Below are positions 58,317 to 64,000 of a stretch of 64,000 nucleotides of DNA, piece by piece. The translations under genes were made by a program, and so were the position numbers. The notes under the pieces are model-generated. The model saw only the letters and a list, made by a program, of their open reading frames with translations, was not told where the DNA came from and made no database searches. Location: the NCBI GenBank assembly GCA_965215185.1, contig OZ244034.1, forward strand, positions 2,112,001-2,176,000, in the 5' to 3' direction. This DNA comes from Acidimicrobiia bacterium. GTDB taxonomy: Bacteria > Actinomycetota > Acidimicrobiia > Spongiisociales > ZC4RG35. How positions within the stretch are numbered: position 1 is the first letter of the stretch; each line of letters begins with the position of its first letter.

Positions 58317-59771
58317 GTGGCGGACCCTGCCTCCTTGACACTGATCGAACACTTGGAGTTTGCCATCACCTGTGACGGGGACGACCGCCTGGTCAACAAT
58401 GCCGCGGTGCTCATTGAAGGCGACCGAATCATCGACCTGGGGACCACGGCTGAAGTGAATGGTCGCCTTGCCCGTCTAACCCCCGACCGTCCAGTCGAGA
58501 GGCGAAACGGACGACGGCGGGGACTCACTCCCGGATTTGTCGACTCCCACGTTCATCTCTCTGAGACTTTGTCCCGGGCAGTCTTTCCGGACGTCATCGA
58601 CACCCGCACCTGGGTTTTTCACTGGGCCAAGCCCTTTTATGCCCATGTCAGCCCCCAGGACGAGGAGGTGGGATCGTTGCTGGGAACGGCCGAGATGTTG
58701 CGGGGAGGCACAACCTGTTTTCTGGACATGGGCGCCCAGAACGACCCGGCGCCGGTGGCCTCCGCCGTGGAGCAAACCGGGATCAGGGGGATCACCGGTC
58801 GTCATGCCGCCGACGTCAAACCAAAGGAAATACCCCCCGGGTGGTCGGCCGAGATGGTCGACCACCATTTCTTTTCTGACGCCGACCACGCACTGGAAGC
58901 CCTGGCGGAGACAGTCCGAACCTGGAACGGGGCGGCCGACGGTCGCCTCGGGGTCTGGGTCAACATCGAGGGAAAGGAACCCTGCAGCCTGGAGCTTCAT
59001 GTCGGCGCCCGGGAACTGGCCTCCCACCTGGGAGTCGGCACCACCTATCATCTGGCCACTTCCCTACCCGAAGCGCAAATCTCCCAGCGCCGTTACGGGA
59101 CCTGGCCCATCACCCGGGTCGCCCGAGCGGGTGGACTGGGGGACAACCTGGTTATCGCCCATGCCGTGGCAGTCTCGGCTGAGGAGGTCGAGTTGCTTTC
59201 CGCCTATGGGACAAAAGTGGCGTTCTGTCCTTCCACCTCTCTGAAACTGGCCAAGGGCGCCGCCGCCATCGGCAAATATCCGGAGATGTTGGAGGCGGGG
59301 GTAACCGTGGGGTTGGGGACCGACGGCGTCTCGGCCTCGGGAAACCTAAACCTGCACCGACAGATTCATCTGGCCGCCGGCCTCTTCAAGGACGCCCGCA
59401 TGGACGCCTCTCTGGTGGGGGCCACCCAGGCGCTGCGCATGGCCACCATCGATGGGGCAAGGGCACTGGGAATGCAGACTCAGATCGGATCACTTGAGGT
59501 GGGCAAGAAAGCCGATCTGGTGCTATGGGACCTCGATCATCCCGATTGGGTTCCTTATGGGGATCCTGTCTCTGCGCTGGTGTGGTCGGTGTCTACTGCA
59601 TCAGTGCATGAGACTTGGGTGAACGGGCGTGCCTGCTACCGGGATGGCCGGGTGGTGGGGATAGACGAAAAAGCCCTCCACGCCGAGGCGAGGAGCCGAG
59701 CTGAAGACATCCGGCAGCGAGCCGGACTCAACCGCAAGGAAATCCCGTTGTCCACCGAACTCTACCGCTAG
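58317..59771 (+). CDS. Metal-dependent amidohydrolase, SsnA/MtaD/TrzA deaminase-like
   Basis: PGFVDSHVH, GGTT, AHAV, GLGTDG, ATIDGARALG, GKKADL. Confidence 0.88.
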   Translation: MADPASLTLIEHLEFAITCDGDDRLVNNAAVLIEGDRIIDLGTTAEVNGRLARLTPDRPVERRNGRRRGLTPGFVDSHVHLSETLSRAVFPDVIDTRTWVFHWAKPFYAHVSPQDEEVGSLLGTAEMLRGGTTCFLDMGAQNDPAPVASAVEQTGIRGITGRHAADVKPKEIPPGWSAEMVDHHFFSDADHALEALAETVRTWNGAADGRLGVWVNIEGKEPCSLELHVGARELASHLGVGTTYHLATSLPEAQISQRRYGTWPITRVARAGGLGDNLVIAHAVAVSAEEVELLSAYGTKVAFCPSTSLKLAKGAAAIGKYPEMLEAGVTVGLGTDGVSASGNLNLHRQIHLAAGLFKDARMDASLVGATQALRMATIDGARALGMQTQIGSLEVGKKADLVLWDLDHPDWVPYGDPVSALVWSVSTASVHETWVNGRACYRDGRVVGIDEKALHAEARSRAEDIRQRAGLNRKEIPLSTELYR

Positions 59772-59776
59772 TCACT

Positions 59777-60985
59777 ATGATCACCCACCCCGATCAGTTG
59801 TCCATAGGGGATCGCCCTGCTTCCATCGGCCCGGTCAGCGTCCCCGGATACGACCGGCCTCAAGTCATCTTCTTGGAAAGTGGTCGCATCAAGGCGGTCA
59901 GCGCCGCCCCTACCCATTCCGGTGAATCCCCAGCCGGACCAACCCATCTGGCACTGCCCTCTTTTGCCGAGCCCCATCTGCATCCTGACCGCGCCTATGT
60001 CGGCTCCCCACGTCCCCCGCGCTCCCTGGATGACGCCATCGAGATGGGTGCCCGCCCGGCCGGCTACATTGCTGACACGGCCGCCGAGCGGGCCCGACGG
60101 CTGTTCTCGACCCTGGCGGCAAATGGCGCCACCAGTGCCCGGGCTCATGTTGGACACCTTCCCGAACACATCGCCCCGCCCCGCTGGCCGGTCATGGCGG
60201 AGGTACGACAGGAATTGGCCCATCTCATGCAGATCGAATTGGTCGCCTTTGCCGTGGATGACGCCTTGATCGACCCAGATGAAGTGAGAAAGCTCCACCG
60301 GCACCTCTCCCTCGGCAGGTACCAACTCTTGGGGGGCTCGCCCAACCACGACTCCCAACCCCGCCGGGCAGTCAGCACCATCATGAAACTCGCGGCCCGC
60401 ACCGAAGTGGAAGTGGATGTTCATATTGACGAAACGCTCGACCCCACTCGCCTGCTAATGGACTTTGCCCTCGACGAGGTGGAGAGCCACGACCTGGCCG
60501 GCCGGGTTTCTTTCAGCCACTGCTGCTTGCTGAGCGCTCTTCCTGAACAACAGACCCGCGCTTTGGCCCGCCGCATGGCCGGACTGGGAGTCACGGTCAT
60601 CTGTTTACCCCGGACCAACCTGATTCTCCACGAATACGGCAACCATTCGCCCCGGCGGGCCCTGGCCCCCATCAACCTGCTCATCGAGGAGGGGGTGCGG
60701 GTGCGGTTGGGAGTGGACAATGTGGATGACACCTTTTGCCCGTTCCCCACCGCCGACACCCTGGAAGTTGGGTATCTGGCCAGACTGGCGGGGCACCTCT
60801 ACGACGATGCGCGGCTCCTGTCCTCCCTTACCGATGGTCGATCTACCCTCCAGGCGGGTGAGGCCGCGGATCTGGCCCTGGTGAAGGCAAATACCCTCAA
60901 CGAGGCTCTCGCCCATCGTCCCAGGCGGATTACCATGAGGACAGGCGCAGTGGTCGCTTCTGACAATAAAACGAAGACAGAATAG
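59777..60985 (+). CDS. Cytosine/creatinine deaminase (CodA)-like amidohydrolase
   Basis: EPHLHPD, HIDET, SHCC, LPRTNL, GVDNVDD. Confidence 0.8.
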   Translation: MITHPDQLSIGDRPASIGPVSVPGYDRPQVIFLESGRIKAVSAAPTHSGESPAGPTHLALPSFAEPHLHPDRAYVGSPRPPRSLDDAIEMGARPAGYIADTAAERARRLFSTLAANGATSARAHVGHLPEHIAPPRWPVMAEVRQELAHLMQIELVAFAVDDALIDPDEVRKLHRHLSLGRYQLLGGSPNHDSQPRRAVSTIMKLAARTEVEVDVHIDETLDPTRLLMDFALDEVESHDLAGRVSFSHCCLLSALPEQQTRALARRMAGLGVTVICLPRTNLILHEYGNHSPRRALAPINLLIEEGVRVRLGVDNVDDTFCPFPTADTLEVGYLARLAGHLYDDARLLSSLTDGRSTLQAGEAADLALVKANTLNEALAHRPRRITMRTGAVVASDNKTKTE

Positions 60986-61034
60986 GGGATCAAAAATTTC
61001 CGACCCTCAAACCTCTCACGCCCGGCCCTCTCGG

Positions 61035-61778
61035 TTGGCGGACGCCTCCGCCCTCATCTCTTTTGACGGGGTAAGCAAGACCTTCCCCGACGGCACCCAT
61101 GCGGTGGACAATGTGTCGTTTTCGGTCAAACCGGGCCAGTTTGTGACAGTGGTCGGCCCCTCGGGGTGTGGGAAATCCACCTTGTTACGGATGGGATCGG
61201 GACTCTTGTCAGCCAGTTCGGGCGAAATCCACCGGGCGGAAGGCACCCTGGGATACGTTTTTCAGGACGCCACCCTATTGCCGTGGAGGACCGTGCAAAA
61301 GAACGTGGAATTATTCTGCGAGCTGCGGGGATTGGGCCGCAGCGACCGCCGCCAAAGAGCAAAGGACGCCATCGAACTGGTGGGGCTGGGCGGATTCAGT
61401 CGTCACTACCCGGCAGCTCTGTCGGGCGGCATGAGGATGCGGGTCTCTTTGGCGAGGTCCCTCACCCTCGATCCGCCCTTGTTCTTCTTCGATGAACCGT
61501 TCGGCGCTCTCGATGAGATCACCCGGGAATACCTAAACGCCGAGTTGCTCCGCATCTTCGCCCTGGAGGGATTCGGTGCGGTGTTCATCACCCACAATCT
61601 CTATGAGGCGGTGTTCCTCTCCACCGAAGTCCTGGTTATGTCCTCACGACCCGGGCGGATCCTCAAATCCTTCCAGGTCCCCTTTCCCTATCCCCGCGAC
61701 CTGGATCTGCGCTTCGACCCGGCCTTCGCCGAGCTGACCGGGGAAGTCTCCACGGTGCTGAGGGACGAGGAACATTAG
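61035..61778 (+). CDS. ABC transporter ATPase, TauB/SsuB (NitT/TauT) family
   Basis: GPSGCGKST, VFQDATLLPWRTV, LSGGMRMR, DEPFGALDEITR. Confidence 0.93.
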   Translation: MADASALISFDGVSKTFPDGTHAVDNVSFSVKPGQFVTVVGPSGCGKSTLLRMGSGLLSASSGEIHRAEGTLGYVFQDATLLPWRTVQKNVELFCELRGLGRSDRRQRAKDAIELVGLGGFSRHYPAALSGGMRMRVSLARSLTLDPPLFFFDEPFGALDEITREYLNAELLRIFALEGFGAVFITHNLYEAVFLSTEVLVMSSRPGRILKSFQVPFPYPRDLDLRFDPAFAELTGEVSTVLRDEEH

Positions 61779-62582
61779 ATGACCATGCCCCGCCACACTT
61801 CTCGCCTGCGTACTTCCGCCTGGCGTGTAGCGCCGCCCATCCTGGTTCTCCTGGCGGTTGTGGGCATCTGGTACGCCATTAGCCTGAGCCTGCACCCTGA
61901 TCGGCAGTTCTTGCTACCCACCCCCAACGAAGTCATCGATGTCGGCTTTGTCAATCAGCAAAATCTCTTCCAAGTGCTGGAGGGGCTGCTTTGGACCCTG
62001 GCGGTTTCGATGTCGGGGCTGCTCATAGCCATTGTGCTGGGAATGACCTCGGCCATTTTCATGAGTCAGGCCAAATGGGTAGAGACTTCCTTCTATCCCT
62101 ATGCAGTGGTTATCCAGACCGTCCCCATCTTGGCGATCGTTCCCCTGGTAGGCCTGTGGCTTGGGTTCGGCTTCACCAGCCGGGTGGTGGTGTGTGTGAT
62201 TATTTCCATCTTCCCGATCATCACCAACACCCTCTTCGGGATGCAATCGGCTCCCGCTTCTTTCCACGACCTCTTCACCCTTCACCGGGCAAACCGGTTC
62301 ACCCGCCTGATCAAATTGCAGTTTCCCAACGCTCTTCCCGCCATCTTCGCCGGGTTCCGCATTTCCGCCGGACTGTCAGTGATCGGCGCCATAGTAGGGG
62401 AGTTTTTCTTCCGAAAGGGAATCCCCGGATTGGGTAGGCTGCTCGATCTATATCGGGCGCGGCTGCTGACCGAGCAACTATTCACAGCCCTGTTTTTCTC
62501 CTCCCTGCTGGGGATCCTAGTCTTTTGGGGGTTCGGGCTGCTCGGCAAACTCGCAGTTGGCAAATGGCACGAAACCACCTGA
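61779..62582 (+). CDS. ABC transporter permease, TauC/SsuC family
   Basis: LLPTP, QTVPILAIVPL, FPIITNT, ALPAIFAG, GAIVGEF. Confidence 0.92.
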   Translation: MTMPRHTSRLRTSAWRVAPPILVLLAVVGIWYAISLSLHPDRQFLLPTPNEVIDVGFVNQQNLFQVLEGLLWTLAVSMSGLLIAIVLGMTSAIFMSQAKWVETSFYPYAVVIQTVPILAIVPLVGLWLGFGFTSRVVVCVIISIFPIITNTLFGMQSAPASFHDLFTLHRANRFTRLIKLQFPNALPAIFAGFRISAGLSVIGAIVGEFFFRKGIPGLGRLLDLYRARLLTEQLFTALFFSSLLGILVFWGFGLLGKLAVGKWHETT

Positions 62583-62638
62583 CCTGCCTTGCGCAGAGCC
62601 CTGTACATCGACTAAACCTACATCAACCATTGTTACGA

Positions 62639-62824
62639 ACGAAAGGAGCCTCGCTCATGAAAACGACTCGAAAGGTACCTAGATGGCTGGCCGCCTTGGC
62701 CGTCCTGGCAGGTACCTGAAGATGTCGTCGCAAGAACCGTGATGTGGGACCCCGCCGTCTACTCCTTTACGAAAGGAGCCTCGCTCATGAAAACGACTGG
62801 CTGGCCGCCTTGGCCGTCCTGGCA
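62639..62824 (+). repeat. Direct duplication of the SBP RBS/start with patchwork insert
   Basis: ACGAAAGGAGCCTCGCTCATGAAAACGACT at 62639-62668 and 62769-62798; 62738-62768 equals 63265-63295. Confidence 0.9.
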
Positions 62825-64000
62825 TTGGTGGCCTCGGCCTGCGGAGACGGCGACGATGAAGATGTCGTCGCACCTACCACCCTCCCTCCAACCACCGCCG
62901 CCGCTCCCACCACTACCGAAGCGGCAATGCCGGATGTTGCTTTGAGTGATGTGTGTCCGAATCCGATCGTGGTTCAGACCGACTGGTTCCCCGAGGCTGA
63001 GCATTCGGAGTTGTATCAGTTGGCCGGGCCCGGTGGTGAAATCGACTCGGAGAACGGGACTTACACCAGCGAGATCGACGGCACCGGTGTGATGCTGGAA
63101 GTCCGCGCCGGTGGTCCGTACATCGGTTTCCAAAACGACGTTTCGCTCCTATATCAAGATCCCGACATTCATCTGGCGTACACAAACACCGACGAGCAGG
63201 TAAGACTGTCCGCTTCGCAGCCGACTGTCGGAATCGTTGCGCCTCGTGACAAGAACCCCCAGATCGTGATGTGGGACCCCGCCGTCTACTCCTTTGACAG
63301 CTTTGCTGACATCGGAGCGTCGGGAGCCACGCTTCTCTACTTTGAGGGCGCCACCTACATCGACTATCTGTTGGGCAAGGGCTGGGTATCCCAGGACCAG
63401 ATCGACTCCTCCTATGACGGGTCCCCGGCGAGGTTCATCGCCGAGGGGAACCTGGTTCAGCAGGGATTCGCATCCGCCGAGCCTTTCCAGTACCAGAACG
63501 AGTTCGAAGACTGGGGCAAGCCCGTCGACTTCATGCTGATCCACGACTCCGGTCTGGAGATGTACCCGCAGTTGCTGGCCACCAAGCCCGACATCGTTGA
63601 GCAGTATCGGGACTGTTGGGAACTGTTCGTGCCCATGGTGCAGCAGGCCCAGGTGGACTACGCCGCCGATCCCGCCGCTACCAACGCTCAGATCGTAGAG
63701 ATCGTGGCCGCGCTGAACAGCTTCTGGCAGTACAGCCCCGGAGTGGCGCAGTACTCACATGACGCTCAGTTGGAACTCGGGTTGATCGGCAACGGACCCA
63801 ACGACACCATCGGCGACTTCGACATGGATCGAACCAACGAGGTGATCGCGCTTCTCGACGAGATCTACGGCCCGCAAGGACTGAATTCAGACCTACGACC
63901 CGAACGTGACCGCCACCGACATCGCCACCAACGAAATTCATCGACCCCAGCATCGGACTCGCTCCTATATCAAGATCCCGACATTCATCTGGCGTACACA
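62657..64000 (+). pseudogene. NMT1/THI5-like ABC substrate-binding lipoprotein, disrupted in this sequence by mosaic duplications and frameshifts
   Basis: Removing 62711-62824 gives MKTTRKVPRWLAALAVLALVASAC (lipobox)...VVQTDWFPEAEH...RAGGP...MWDP...YDGSPARF...GNGPNDTIGDFD; AAAGGAG RBS; as given, TGA at 62717-62719 truncates it. Confidence 0.75.
63959..64000 (+). repeat. 42-bp exact copy of 63143-63184
   Basis: TCGCTCCTATATCAAGATCCCGACATTCATCTGGCGTACACA occurs at both places. Confidence 0.9.

Noticed and set aside
62639-64000. Diversity-generating retroelement or CRISPR-like repeats
   Set aside because: Copies show no adenine-specific variation, no regular repeat-spacer period, and no reverse transcriptase or cas genes are present.

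Overview
High-GC (visually ~60-65%) bacterial chromosomal window. Gene content and style (actinobacterial-type Rho with N-terminal insertion, Ku, CofC/FbiD, LCP proteins, Tat/Sec lipoprotein solute-binding proteins with Ala/Pro/Thr linkers, apparent leaderless genes) suggest an actinomycete, plausibly Acidimicrobiia; this is inference. In order: a peptide-type ABC importer and an Ntn/C45 hydrolase (1-4.5 kb); a truncated complex I operon nuoH-N divergent from fhs and a selenocysteine-containing, split formate dehydrogenase with NuoEF- and NuoG-like subunits, with a shared 16-bp upstream motif (4.5-19.4 kb); a Zur/Fur-regulated metal ABC module, YqeY and Ku (19.4-22.9 kb); housekeeping lysA-hom-thrC-rho-rpmE-DUF1385-prfA-prmC-tsaC (23-32.6 kb); accessory enzymes including an amber-interrupted PD-(D/E)XK-like gene, two LCP paralogs and a PurL lacking a conserved catalytic His, divergent from a glutamine amidotransferase (32.8-47 kb); and a ~17 kb catabolic island (aldolase, opine dehydrogenase, enolase-superfamily enzyme, isochorismatase-VOC fusion, tautomerase, double-fold FNR fusion, orphan dipicolinate synthase A-like protein, cyclic amidohydrolase, two deaminase-like enzymes, NMT1-type ABC importer). 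The last gene is scrambled by short internal duplications, probably an assembly artefact. No rRNA, tRNA, CRISPR array or transposase was recognised. All family calls come from motif recognition by eye, not database searches.
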